A stretch of DNA of 64,000 bases from an uncultured virus (IMG/VR IMGVR_UViG_3300030329_003775) (taxonomy: Duplodnaviria; Heunggongvirae; Uroviricota; Caudoviricetes). The stretch lies in IMG/VR virus record IMGVR_UViG_3300030329_003775, one strand, 5' to 3'. A program made the position numbers and the translations under genes. The notes below the pieces were generated by a model. The model was given only the letters and a program-made list of their open reading frames with translations, was not told the origin of the DNA and did no database searches. Positions 9,548 to 21,800 of this stretch are shown one piece after another (within the stretch, counting starts at the first letter, position 1; every line of letters begins with the position of its first letter).

Positions 9548-12500
9548 ATGGCAGACTACAGCATATTACGCCGGATTGAGCAGAGGACCAATGACCTGTT
9601 CGCGCCACTAAGGAGAAGCCAGCAGGCTTTATCAGGTTATGAGCGCCAGCTCGCTGCCCAAACAAATGCATTGGAGGGTCGGCTATTCTCTGAAGAGCTG
9701 ACTGATGCAAGGCTGAATGAGAAGCGGGAGCACGACAGGAAGGCAACTAAAAGGGCCGAGAGAAGGCGCATAGAGGCTGCACGAAATGAAAGGTCGTTAA
9801 TTGATTTGGCAGGGGCTCTGAAGTACGCCACCCAGAGCGGGGTCAACGCTGAAAAAATTCAGAAAGAGATTTATGGGGGAAAGTCAGCCGAGGAAATGAC
9901 ACGCCAAGAGCGTGCTGATGCTACGGCCAAGTTGTACTCAGCTGGCAGTGATGCATATAAGAAAGCAAATAAAGACCAAAGGGCAGAGACTCAGATCAAG
10001 AATCTGAAAACCATGCTCGCAAATTATGGAGCCCGCATTCCAAATCAACAAGAAGGTCAAAACAATAAGGATTACTTGGATGTGCTGTACTCGGCTCTTC
10101 GGCCTGCCCGCGAAAACTCATTGAAGGAGGACCACCGACGCGAATGGGAGGCTGCTCAACACAATAAGAACTTTGAAATTCGACAAAAAGCCAGTTCGCT
10201 TGGAATACCTATCGGAACCCCAACAGCGCCGGTGCCAATTGCTGAGCTTATCGCCGAGATAAAAAGGAAAGAGCCAAAATACATAATTCGGCAGAAACGA
10301 GCTGAGGCTGACCTAATAGAGAGGATGGATCTTGTTAACCATGCAAGGACTTTGGCCGACACTGCCCAAGTGGACGCAAGTGTTCGCGAGCGCCTTCGCC
10401 TTTTAGGTGAGGGGAATGGTATTAGGATAACTCAAGCGGATGGAAAATGGTCCGTCAACATCCTTGAAGATAACCTGAATGATCCAGCCAAATTCAGCCT
10501 CAGTGACCTCCGGGAAATCGTCATGTCCACTTCTGCCTTGGACAAAGAAAACCAGCACTTGGCGGAAAGCATAAAACTTCAAAATGAATTTGATGAATTT
10601 GTTGAAGCGAGAGGGAACCTTAACCTGACACCAAGGCTTAGCGTCAGACAGATCATTAAAAACTGGGCCGATGATGGCACGTTAGTGCAGAACTTTGGCC
10701 TGGAGCAAGATCAAGTAGAAATGTTTAAAAGTGGAGCCGATGCGGAGTTTATCCGGAGTGCTAGTGAGGATGAAAGAAACCTAGTTAGGACCATCCAGCA
10801 AGCGGCAGCTGCCGAGGCTGAAAAAAATTTCAATGATCTGCAGGAAGCCGCGAGGGCAGCGGAAGGTAACCTCCCCCCCGAGCTGGCAATGTTTAAGGAC
10901 AAGCTTCAGAACAGGGGGCTTGAGCTGATAAAAAAGCAGCAAGAAAATCAAAGGTGGATTCTTAAGTGGGCAAATACACCCTATAAGCACGAAACCCAAA
11001 CCCTTCATAGGAATTGGCTAACCCTAACTCCTTCTCCTGCTTCCACTCCACAGGTAGGAGCACCGGAGGCAGCAGCTATTCCACTTGGGCGTCAATGGCA
11101 TGGGGTTCCAGCGACTCCAGCTCCAGCCCCAGCTCCAGCCCCAGCTCCAGCCCCAGCTCCAGCGGTGCCAGCTCCAGTAGCTCCAGCGGTGCCAGCCCCA
11201 GCTCCAGCGGTGCCAGCTCCAGCTGCTTCAGTGGTGCCAGCTCCAGCTGCTTCAGTTCCAGCGGTGCCAGCCGTACCGGGCAATCCGCTTGCCCCTATCA
11301 GAATCCCCTCTGAGTCCCTTGCTCAGCGAGCTCTCCCGCCCGCTCCATTAGAGCCGGATCTCCCTGAGGAGGCGCGTGTTCCCATGGCTGGCGGGCTGAG
11401 GCCACTCACACCCCAAGCTATCGCCCCACCAGATGAGCCTCCTCCAATCCTTTCTCCTGCGGTACTGCCTGCGCCCCTGACGCCCGATCAACAGGAACAG
11501 GCCACCACGGTCCCGCCTGCGCCCTTGCCGCCTGACCAATGGACAGACCAGCCCCCTCCAATTCCTTCTCCTGCGGTCCCGCCTGCGCCCTTGCCGCCTG
11601 ACCAATGGACAGACCAGCCCCCTCCAATCCCTTCTCCTGCGGTACTGCCTGCGCCCCTGACGCCCGATCAACAGGAACAGGCCACCACGGTACTGCCTGC
11701 GCCCCTGACGCCCGATCAACAGGAACAGGCCCCTCCAATCCCTTCTCCTGCGGTCCCGCAAGCTGGCGTACCGGCGACAGATCCACGGGGAAGGTGGCCG
11801 CAGGCTGAAGGGCCAGTGTGGAGTCCCCCCACCTCTGATATGCCGCCTACCATGCTGCGTAGGCACAATGACCAAAGGAGGAGCATGGGGGGAGGCACAG
11901 TAACTCCCTCTCCTGTCCCGGCCCCAACAGCCCCGCAGGACCCTGTCACTCCAAATACGCAGTTTCAGATGCGCAGGTCCTTGAGGCAGCCGGAGCTGCC
12001 CCCCGCCCTCCCAGCAGCGCCGTGGGGGGATGCCCCTCAGGGATTAGCCGTGCCCCCCGCGCCTGGAGTGCCACCGACGATTCCAGACCCATTGCCTGTT
12101 GTTCCGCCGACACCAGCAGTCACGCCTCAAGTACCGCCGCCGATTCCTCCGCCGACTCAGCCCGTGCCCCCACAGGCCACAACTGAAAGCGTTGAGGATG
12201 CAACAAAGAAAAGCCTCGACTCAATTAAAGATCTCGGGAAGGCGGCTAACCCCAGCTTTGAGCTGCCTGAGGTTCCTGCCCCGAGGGGCCGTGGAGATAA
12301 GTCAATTGAGGAGATGAAAGCCGACATGCTTAGTAGGCTTCATAAGTCGGTCCTCCCGATTGAGGAAGCAAAGAACGCTTTGCCTGTTCCAAACGTTCCC
12401 CACGGCGGGGAAGAGGCTGTGCGGAAAGCGTACAGCCTTGGCCTCAGGCGCGGCCCCATGGATAGGGAAGCTGAGTCAATCGTAGGAGGTGGTCGCGGCA

Positions 12501-12862
12501 TCCTGAAGGCCGAGGGTGATTGGTTTGGTAGATACACTAAGGGGCTCTACCCGACATGGGAGGATAAGTACAGGGCAGAGGGGCTGCCTCCCTCTATTGA
12601 TCCCGGAAATACAAACTGGACAACTCCACAGTGGCTCCCTTTCTGGGACACAATTAAGTCAGTCGGAGGGGGTGGGGCTTATCAGGACATCCCCAACATG
12701 GACCCAACAACGAAGAATCTATTGCCTCAGAGCGAGGGGCAGGAGTCGAACTGGATTCAAGGGAGAGGCGGTGAAATAATATGGGTCCATGAGTTGGATG
12801 CCAAGCCAAGCGGGCCCGTGCCGCCACTTCCGCTGCCTTCAGTCCCAGCACCAAATAAATAG
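9548..12862 (+). CDS. Internal virion protein with a long Pro/Ala-rich repeat region
   Basis: 1104 aa; helical N-terminal half; lies between the pilot-like and giant proteins. Confidence 0.65.
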   Translation: MADYSILRRIEQRTNDLFAPLRRSQQALSGYERQLAAQTNALEGRLFSEELTDARLNEKREHDRKATKRAERRRIEAARNERSLIDLAGALKYATQSGVNAEKIQKEIYGGKSAEEMTRQERADATAKLYSAGSDAYKKANKDQRAETQIKNLKTMLANYGARIPNQQEGQNNKDYLDVLYSALRPARENSLKEDHRREWEAAQHNKNFEIRQKASSLGIPIGTPTAPVPIAELIAEIKRKEPKYIIRQKRAEADLIERMDLVNHARTLADTAQVDASVRERLRLLGEGNGIRITQADGKWSVNILEDNLNDPAKFSLSDLREIVMSTSALDKENQHLAESIKLQNEFDEFVEARGNLNLTPRLSVRQIIKNWADDGTLVQNFGLEQDQVEMFKSGADAEFIRSASEDERNLVRTIQQAAAAEAEKNFNDLQEAARAAEGNLPPELAMFKDKLQNRGLELIKKQQENQRWILKWANTPYKHETQTLHRNWLTLTPSPASTPQVGAPEAAAIPLGRQWHGVPATPAPAPAPAPAPAPAPAVPAPVAPAVPAPAPAVPAPAASVVPAPAASVPAVPAVPGNPLAPIRIPSESLAQRALPPAPLEPDLPEEARVPMAGGLRPLTPQAIAPPDEPPPILSPAVLPAPLTPDQQEQATTVPPAPLPPDQWTDQPPPIPSPAVPPAPLPPDQWTDQPPPIPSPAVLPAPLTPDQQEQATTVLPAPLTPDQQEQAPPIPSPAVPQAGVPATDPRGRWPQAEGPVWSPPTSDMPPTMLRRHNDQRRSMGGGTVTPSPVPAPTAPQDPVTPNTQFQMRRSLRQPELPPALPAAPWGDAPQGLAVPPAPGVPPTIPDPLPVVPPTPAVTPQVPPPIPPPTQPVPPQATTESVEDATKKSLDSIKDLGKAANPSFELPEVPAPRGRGDKSIEEMKADMLSRLHKSVLPIEEAKNALPVPNVPHGGEEAVRKAYSLGLRRGPMDREAESIVGGGRGILKAEGDWFGRYTKGLYPTWEDKYRAEGLPPSIDPGNTNWTTPQWLPFWDTIKSVGGGGAYQDIPNMDPTTKNLLPQSEGQESNWIQGRGGEIIWVHELDAKPSGPVPPLPLPSVPAPNK
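11107..11760 (+). repeat. Coding tandem repeats: (PA)n tract, then PPPIPSPAV(L/P)PAPL(T/P)PDQ units
   Basis: Near-identical DNA repeats such as ccagctccagcc and cctgcgcccctgacgcccgatcaacaggaacaggcc. Confidence 0.95.
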
Positions 12863-12864
12863 AA

Positions 12865-15800
12865 ATGTCTAGACTAGCAGACTTCTACCGGCAGCAACGC
12901 CCTGATGAGGGGAGCCTCTCTGACAACGAAATCCTGTACAAGTACTATGCTTCAAAAGGCGAGGCATGGATGCGGGAAAACCACCCGCAAGACTGGAGGC
13001 AGCTCCAAGACTCAATAAATAAAGCATTCCCTTTGTCGTTCGGAGAGGAGCTGTCCAGAGGCTGGACCCGTGGAGTTGAGGGGCTGAAGAGTACTTATTA
13101 TGGTGGCAAGGCGTTTGCATGGGATGCAGTCGGAGCTGACGACTGGCGTGATAAAAATATTGAGTGGTATCAGGAGCACTCCCAAAGGGCCAGTGATCCG
13201 GCAACTGCAGCCAGAGACCCTGATTCATGGGGAGCATTAGTAGGTGAAGCCGCGCCGTCAGTGGGAGAGTCTCTGGTAGTCGCCGGTGGTGGTGCTTTGG
13301 CGGCTTCAATGCTTACTCCGGGCATTGACCCCACAGATGTGGCTGCCGCTCCGGCAGGGGCCATTGCTGGCGTGGTCAGGAAGCAGGCCATCAAGAACCT
13401 CATGCGTGATCAGTTTGGGGCCAAGGCGGCAAAGGAGGCTGGCATAGGGGCATTGGGATCTCATCTAGTAAAGAGTGTCCCCTCCGCAGCAACCTCACAG
13501 TTAGCCTCCCGGTATGGAAAGAAGGAGGCTGCTGATCTCGTGCAAGCCGAGATGAAGTCCATCATGGCAACATCGGGCGGAACCCTTGCCTCGTTTGGCA
13601 ACTCACTCGGCCTAAATACCGGAGGCATTTATGGTGATCTTGCAAGCGACCCTGACATTGACCCAGACGACGCTTTTAATATCTCCCTTATAGGAGGGTC
13701 GATTTCGGCTATTCCAGACTCAGTCCTGCCTTCATACGTGGCGGGCAAGCTGATGAGGTCCATATACTCAAAGCCTATTACTGAAAGCGTCAAGCGCTCT
13801 ACTTATCAGAAGATCGCCAACAGCTTTCCCGGCAGAGTTACGCGGTACATGGGCGGGGCTGCTGGCTGGGAAGGGACTACTGAGTTCTTTCAAGAATACG
13901 TACACATCATCTCACGAAAGGTTGCGGAGGGAGCCACGCTCAGCGATGCGATTGATGCCCCATTGTCCTATGATGAAGTTGAGCGGATGAACCATGCATT
14001 CAAGGTCGGCGCTGTAGCTGGCGGAATGTCTGGTGGAGTGGTAACCGGGGCAAGCTACCTGAGTCCAGCTGACCAGTCTGACCAGTCTGACCAGACTGGC
14101 CCAAGTGAGCCACTTGAGCCAGACATAGAGCAGGTTAATAAATTTGGCGAAATGTTTGGCGGGCGGAGCGCCAAACCGGGCGAGTTGGAGGTCTTCTTGG
14201 GTACGATGACTCAGGAAGAGATTGCTGAGGTAGACGAAATACTTTCAAGGGAGGTTGCGGACTGGACAGTAAACGTGAAGGGGGAGGTAACGAATCAGAG
14301 CCCCGCTATTGTGGCTGAAATATCCGACAAGATCACCAACGATGGCAATGACGAGGCCAAGAGAAGTTATTATTACAAGCAGAGGAATGAGGCCAGATTA
14401 AAAGCCGCCCAGGAAAGTGCTGTCAGGTCTGATACCCCAAAAGAAGGGTATGATGAAAAGGGAGGCACTCCTCCAACTGAAGATCAACTTAAGAGTGCAT
14501 TTAACGCAATCAACACTGCTGCCAGTGACCATAATAATGACACTAAGGAGGAGGCTGAAGAGGAGGCTGAAGCTGATCCTGAAGCGCAGTGGCAGAAGAA
14601 ACAGGCATGGGCCCAGAAACGCGCCGATGCCGGACTCGCCACCCACGTAACCTTGGAAGTTATAGATAGCCTCACAGCGCTTCACTCGGAAGATAAGGAA
14701 ATCAGCAAACGCTGGCAGAGCGAGCTTTACGCCTCCAAGAGGAAGCAGCTAGTTGAGCTTTTGGAGAAGGGAATCTCCACGATAGACGACATAGCTAGAG
14801 CCACCACAATTCTCAACGATATGCGCGGGGCAATGATGTCTGGCATCGACCCCAACAATATCAAAGATGTTGAAGCCGTCAGTGATACGTTTGCAATGTT
14901 TGCAGACACCATTCCCGTTGCTCCGGGCTTGGTGTCCAAATATAAAGAACACACGGAGGCGAAGAACTGGAAGGCAAGAAAGTGGAAGCTCCTTCGGCCA
15001 AAACGCGAATATCGCGGTGACTCTATTTGGAGTGGGGGCGGGTCATTTGATGGGATTAACATAGAATATTTCTGGGACAGGCCCGAACACGGGCAGCCGT
15101 ACCACCACTCCGACACAACAGGGGAAGTCGCCCCCAGCCGCCGCGCTGACCTATTAGAGTTCCTTGGCAAGGGGATCGACCCCTATGAGATTCCTGCCCC
15201 TCGCAAGCGCCCCTTTCCTGCGAGTGGGAAAAAGGAGTGGGGTGAATTCCCGGAAGAAATGAGCCCGTTTGCGCTGGCCTTAAAAGCAGCCAAGCAGAAG
15301 AAGAAAAACCAAAAGCAGCTTGTCCCATCACTCCCCAATGAAGCGCAGGTCGCAAAAGCAAATGCAGACATCGACAGCAGGATCGAGTTTCTCGAAAAAG
15401 AACTTAACAAGGTTGAAGCCGAAATCAATAAGGCCAATGAGAAGAACAGTGAAGACCTTGATAAACTAGCCAAGAACAGGAGGGAGCTGCAAGAGAAGGG
15501 TAACTGGGACGAGGCTGCGGAGGCTAAGTACTCTAGAGATGTAAGCAAACTCGCTCCCAGTGAAACATTAACCTTAAACCTTCTAAGAATTAAGCAAGAG
15601 ATTGAGAATCTTAACGGTACAAGGGATTACGAGGAGGGCCAGTTCCTGCAGGGATCTCACATTGCATTCCAAACTCAGCTCGCAGAGAAGCAAGAGACTT
15701 ATTCCGAACCAAACGACCAAGGAGAGGTTGAGGAGAAGAAGCTCGAGAGGCCGAGATACCCGGCTTTTTACCTGATTGACGAGGACACTATTGCGGCAAG

Positions 15801-18800
15801 GGATCTCAGGGAGGCTTTACGTGTCTCTTCTGAGGGGACCAAGGAGGAAGCCGCCGAGGCATATGAAAAACTTGGAGACATCCTCACCAGCCAAGGGCGG
15901 GCCAAGGGCCGAAAGGAGTCACTTAGCAGCAGGCTTGTTATTTTGCAGGACGAAGATGGGGCCTACCATGTGCTTTCGATTCATAAGAAGAACAAGAAGT
16001 ACTTGGTTACCCTCCCGGTGGGCTACCCCAAGTCTGGTCGCAAAAAAAACGTAAGCCTTAACGAGCTCATAGAAAAAAACTACAGTGTCAAGGGATCAAT
16101 ACGGCTCCTGTTTGAGCGGGAGGAGGTAAGGCACAGGGTCCCCCGCGAGGAGTTTAATAGCTGGGCGAAGGAAAGGATTGATGAGCGGCATAGCCAAGCA
16201 TCTGCAGCAGTAAGCCTAGACAGGGCTGAGGCCGGAGGCAAAACCAAAGCCCTTGATGCGCATGACGAAGAGGGCGGCGAGCTGGAAACTTATGGCTTCA
16301 GTGAAGGCACATGGACGGGTGAGGGTGCTGAGATTGAGGCCAAAAGGACGGAGAATACGATTGTAGAGGCAATTCAGGAGCAGCTCGATAAGGGAGAGAT
16401 CATGCCTGAAGAGCTTCCGCCGTTCAGTAAGAAAACGAAGGATTGGGTTTATAGTCTTGTTAGCGCCTCCGCAACAACTAACCCAAACATTAGCTCTGAG
16501 GAATTATCATACGCAATAATAGGAAGTATTTTATCTGATAGCCCTGATCCAGTGAAGAAAGAGCTCAGGGACTATTACGATAGTAATGGCAAAACAGCCG
16601 GACTTGCGGCTGCAATTGGAAGGGAAGTTTATGAAGCAAGAGAAAAAATACAACCGGGGTACGGGGAGCAAGAAATCAAAGCTCTTGGAGGAGGGCAAGA
16701 AAAACGAGGCGGAGTTCCTGAAGGCGCTCAGAAGCGGGAAAATGAGGAGTCTGGTGGCGCTTCACGTACAACTCAACGCGGTGAGACAGATGATAAAGTA
16801 AAACCCCCGCCGCCGTCAGTCATCAGCAGAAGCACCAGGGAAAAAATAGACGAAGACAAGGCCGCAGAAACCCCCACAGCAGTAGAGGAAACAGGCCCGC
16901 CAGCAGCTCTAGCTGATGCGATTGGGAGACGCAACATAGACTGGGTTGACGGGGAGCTAAGGTTGCCAAACGGGAAACCTGTGACTAGTGAGAATGTTGA
17001 GGAGATCATCGCTAGACTGGATGAGGATGATAAATCCCGAAGTACGTATGGAACTGGCGTAGAGGGCGGACTTACGGAGGCTGAGGCTGAGGCTGCTGTT
17101 CGCAATATGCCTGATGACGTGGACGTTACAACACTGCAACAAGTTTTAATAAATGATTCCCGTGTAACAACCAAGGCTGAGGCAATAGAAAAGTTTGAGG
17201 CCAGCAAAGCAGACAGGGAGCAGTACCGGAACGACCTCAGGTTGGCTCTCTCTGTGGTGGAAGGCCAATCATCAACCACCACCCCCTTGGAAAGCAAGGC
17301 AGGGGATGAAGAGTTTGCCTCGGATAGGGCGGCCATGCTTGAGGACCTTCTTCTAAGAAAGAAGATCCCGATTGATGTGGTTAACGGTGATACTGGCGAG
17401 ATAATTCTAGCTGCTGGCCGTAAAATCTTTAAGAACAGGCTGGCTAAACTCCTTCAGGCTCATGATCACGTCAGTGAGCTTCTCTTTGAAGGAGGCACAG
17501 AGGAGCAGATTCAGGAATGGCGCAGTAAGATTATGGGAATCCTGAGTCCCGCCCCCTTGGAAAGCCGGATTGATGGCGGGAACACAGAGTCTGAGATAAA
17601 CGAGCTGGAGAACATCTTTTTGGGGGAGAAAATCCGCGCACAGATATTTCACGCTGATACCGGGGAAATAATAATACCCGGCAACAAGACGATTACCAGA
17701 GACATGCTGGCTAATCTTCATAGGTTGAGGGACAAGCTGGACTTTGAGCCGGTTCCGGGAGACAGGGCAAGCAGGCCGCAGGACGCAAATGAGGTCCGTA
17801 AAAAGGTCATGGGCGTTCTCGAAGACAAGGGCGCATTCCTTTTCAAAACAAGAAGAGAGGAAAATACTCATGGGTATATAGCTGTAGAAAGAAATAAAGT
17901 TCTTGATGGAAAGGCTAGTCCTGAAGACGTGGCTTTTGCCATGAGCTACAACCTTAGGCAGGAAGCGACTGAGGGGGCTGCCAACAAGCTTTCCGCCTTC
18001 GAGAATGCAGTCCGTAACGGGGCCGACTTCTTGGAGGAACTGCACAAATTGCTTGAGGGTTTAGGGTACAGGAAGGTTCACAGCGTAGGGGAAAAAGTCG
18101 CCTACAACCCGCTTACAGAGGAGGACATGGTGGGGGGTATGATCCCCGGAGACAGTGCCGTGGTCACTGAGCCCGCATGGAGGGGGGAGCGCGGTGTCGT
18201 AAGAGGGAGAGTCACCACAGAGTCTGAGATAGAGGTGGCGGTGGACGAAACAGACCGAGAAGCAAATACGGCTGCCAATAGACAGCTCGTCGAGGAATCG
18301 TTTTTGCAGGGCTTAAGGCAGAAGATTACAGGACGTATTTCCAAGGAAGTTAACAGCATTAACGAAATGCCCGAGGGCGATGAGTCGAATTTAGGGCCCC
18401 TCATTGATGCTGTAAAGCGTATCGAGGAAGTCTTGCTCGAAACGGAAGTGCTCCCGTCTAAGGAGGACCCGTACACAAGATCCTTTAAAACTATAGAAGC
18501 ATTGCCGGATGGCTGGGGAAAGCAGATCAGGCGATCTGCCCTGCAGGGCTTAAGGCCTAAGGTTGATAAAGGCACCCGAGGGGAACTTGATGATCTTCTT
18601 GTCTTGATTACGAGGGACGACCTCAGTAGCTACGGAATCGCCCTTAAGAAAGCCAAGCGCATCATCGAGTTCTTGACTCGTGCAGAATTGCTGCCGTCAA
18701 GTTTTGGGATAGACCCAACCAGAAGGGCCTCTCTGGCTAGTGCCAATGAGCAGGAAATTGTTAATGCCTCGCTTACCCCGCTACAAACAGAGGATGTAAT

Positions 18801-21800
18801 TGGGGCCTTCGGTGGCTATAAGTACAACCCGGAAACCGGGCGCATGGAGCCAGTGGAGGTTGTGCCAACGACGAAGGATGCCATTAATCATAACGTAAAT
18901 GCATCTGTATCACATGTCTCAGAAGCCGCGCCCGAAGTGGAGTACGTACCCTCAATGCTCGATGGACTCACAGACGATGAAGCAAACGCGGTTACCAAGG
19001 GTATCCGGGAAAAGATAAATGGCACTACTGAGGGAGCCATGGGCATGGTCGAGGTCTTGCTGCAGAGCGAAGCCAACATGGAGATGGGCCCGGACGCTGA
19101 GCTTACTTCCTTTGAAAAAATGTTCGTGAAGATAGCCGCCTTCCTCAGGGCTCACCCACTTCTTGCAGATGTTAAGTGGAAGATAGCAAAGGGGGCTCGA
19201 GTAGTAAAAGACCCTGAAGGCTCTTACGCCGGTACGACAGCGGCGGAATATACGGACCATGACAGGACTATAACGCTCTACTTGTATCACATGACAAGCC
19301 GCCGCAAGCTCGCGGCTGATCTAATCCATGAAGCCATACATGCCCTGACGCAGCGGCTCGTTTATGATTTCAAGGAAGGAGGAGGAAAGCGGCTTACCGG
19401 GCGACAGAGGGACGCCCTCAACAAGATCGACAGGCTCTACAAGAAGGCCCTTAAGATTTACTCAGAAAAAAACCAAGGCAAGGCTACTCCCTACGCGTTT
19501 TCTAGCCTTGATGAATTCATGGCCCATGTAATGTCGAGCAGGGTCATAATTCAGACTCTGGCAAATATGGAAGGCGAGAGAACTGACACCAGCCTTCTGC
19601 AGGATATTTGGAACCAACTTAAAATCCTAATCTTGGATGTGCTTGAGGCCGTTAAAGGAACAGAAGTTTTATTGGGCCCCGAAGAATCCACAACGCTGGA
19701 TAGAACCTTGGCCGGTGAAGCCATCGAAGGAATTCTTGTACTGGGAGGGGCGTCAAAGGATCAAATAGAAGGTGTCAGTTACCAAGCATTCATGAACATG
19801 GTCGGCGGGGTCAAGGCTGGGCCCCCGGCGACAACTCTTCAGAGCATTATGGGCGGCGGGACCACTGTTACTCGTGGTAGCGATGTGGATAATACCGCGC
19901 TGAATAAGACTCAAGTCGCCACCTTCAACGCTCTCGATAAGGTGTACAAGTCCATGTACGAGCACTGGAATGAAATGGGCATGAACCCAACTGGAGTCTC
20001 CTACGAGGAATTTGTGAAGCTTCAGCTAGGCACGGATCTACCATCGACTCGGATTAACGACATCAACAAGGCCCTCATTAAGGTTGGTAAGGCCACGATT
20101 GACAAGGGGACCACAATAGATTCGATCACTAACAAGGAAAGGGTTGCGGATAATACCTACCAGTTGCTGTCACGGACTAAGGCAAAGATGGTAAATAGCC
20201 GCAACAAGGCTGAGGAGACAGTGATTGAAGCTTCTGAAAAGTTTGACCAGTCCAATAATGAGCTCGAGTCCATCAGGAAAAATTACATGGCTGCCGGGGC
20301 CACCACCCGGATAGTGGCGACCTCGCTTAGGAATTTCCTCGATGACATGAAGAGGACCTTAACGAACCAGCACGGGGTGACGTTCAATATAATAACTCGG
20401 ACTCACAACGCCTTAAAGGCGTACCAAGAAGACGTGCCCCTCAATACCGACAAGAATGCAGTATTTGTGGCTGACAAGCTTACAAGCGATGAAGATCTGC
20501 TATTTGAGGCCCTAAGTGAGCTCTCTGAGCTGGACATAAATTTCGCTGGCTCAAGCCATTCAGACCTTGCCGGATACGTTGATGATGTCCTTACTAAAAT
20601 GGACACCACTCTTGATCGCATATCCAGCGATCAGGATGTCAAGGCCGCAGCAGCCAGCCTGCTTGTTTCTCTCGCGAAAACGAACCAGTTCATTTTAGAC
20701 CTCATTCAGGTCAGGAACATGGGCGCTGAAGCCGCGATGGGGAACAAGGAGCGGGATGCCATTAACAATGCCATAAAGCTCGCCATGAGCGCAGACGTGG
20801 AGGCGCTAAGTAACGCCCGGAGGGCCGTTGGGTCTGTACAAACGCACAGCGCAGCGGCGGAGCGAATTCTCAGTCACCTGACGAAGAAGAAAAACGAGCA
20901 CGCCAAACTGCTCAGGGATCAGAAGAAAGCTCGCGAGTTCATAGACATGGACAATGTCACCCGGAAGGAGCTGGATTTCCACATGGCCCGCCTTGAGGAG
21001 AGTCTGGACGCCGAGCAGGCAGCACTTCGTGAGGCAGCTGGCGGCAGCAAAAAGCTGCTCGCGGATGCCCATCAGGGATTTCTATACATAGTGCCCACAA
21101 ACCCGGACATCCCCTCGCGTGACCTTCTTAATGTAAAGGCAAACAAGGACAAGGGATGGATTCAGGTCCTTTATATGTCTCCGCCAAAGGACAAGCACGG
21201 CAAGGCAATGAGTCGCAAGGCTTACCTTGGGAAGCTGCAGCGTGACTTGGCCGCAATGAAGGCTTGGCTCGATAAGCCGGGACGAACAAAGGACAAGGTT
21301 TACAGGTTCATAAAGAGATCGTATGCGCGAATTGCAAACGAGGTTGTCCTCCATGAATACCAGTCACGTCGGAGCCATACAGTGTTGGCCGTGCTCGGCC
21401 AATTCCAGGACTGGGCTAACGTGACAGGGAACCCCGTTTTGAAAAATGCCGGGGCTCGCATTAGCAGGTTTTGGGGCCTCGTCAAATGGTCAGAGCAGGC
21501 AGAGCCTCTGGCCCGCGAATGGGTGATTGCTGAGGCGAACGCAAAGAGAGCCCTTGGATGGACCTCTGAGGGGTCCACTGACGCTATCCGGGCTAGGGTT
21601 CATTCCGTGGCGCTTAGCTATTTTGAGAACCACCAAGAGCTGCTCGAAAATGAGGGCAGCGTTGAGGCTGCCATCACAAAGGGACTGAAGAACCTGCGCC
21701 AACAGTGGATTGCTGCGGGCGGAGAGTTTGGAACAAAGATCCGGGACGATGGGACTTGGGCGGCTGTTGAGAAGTACATTCGTACCACGGGCAAGATCTC

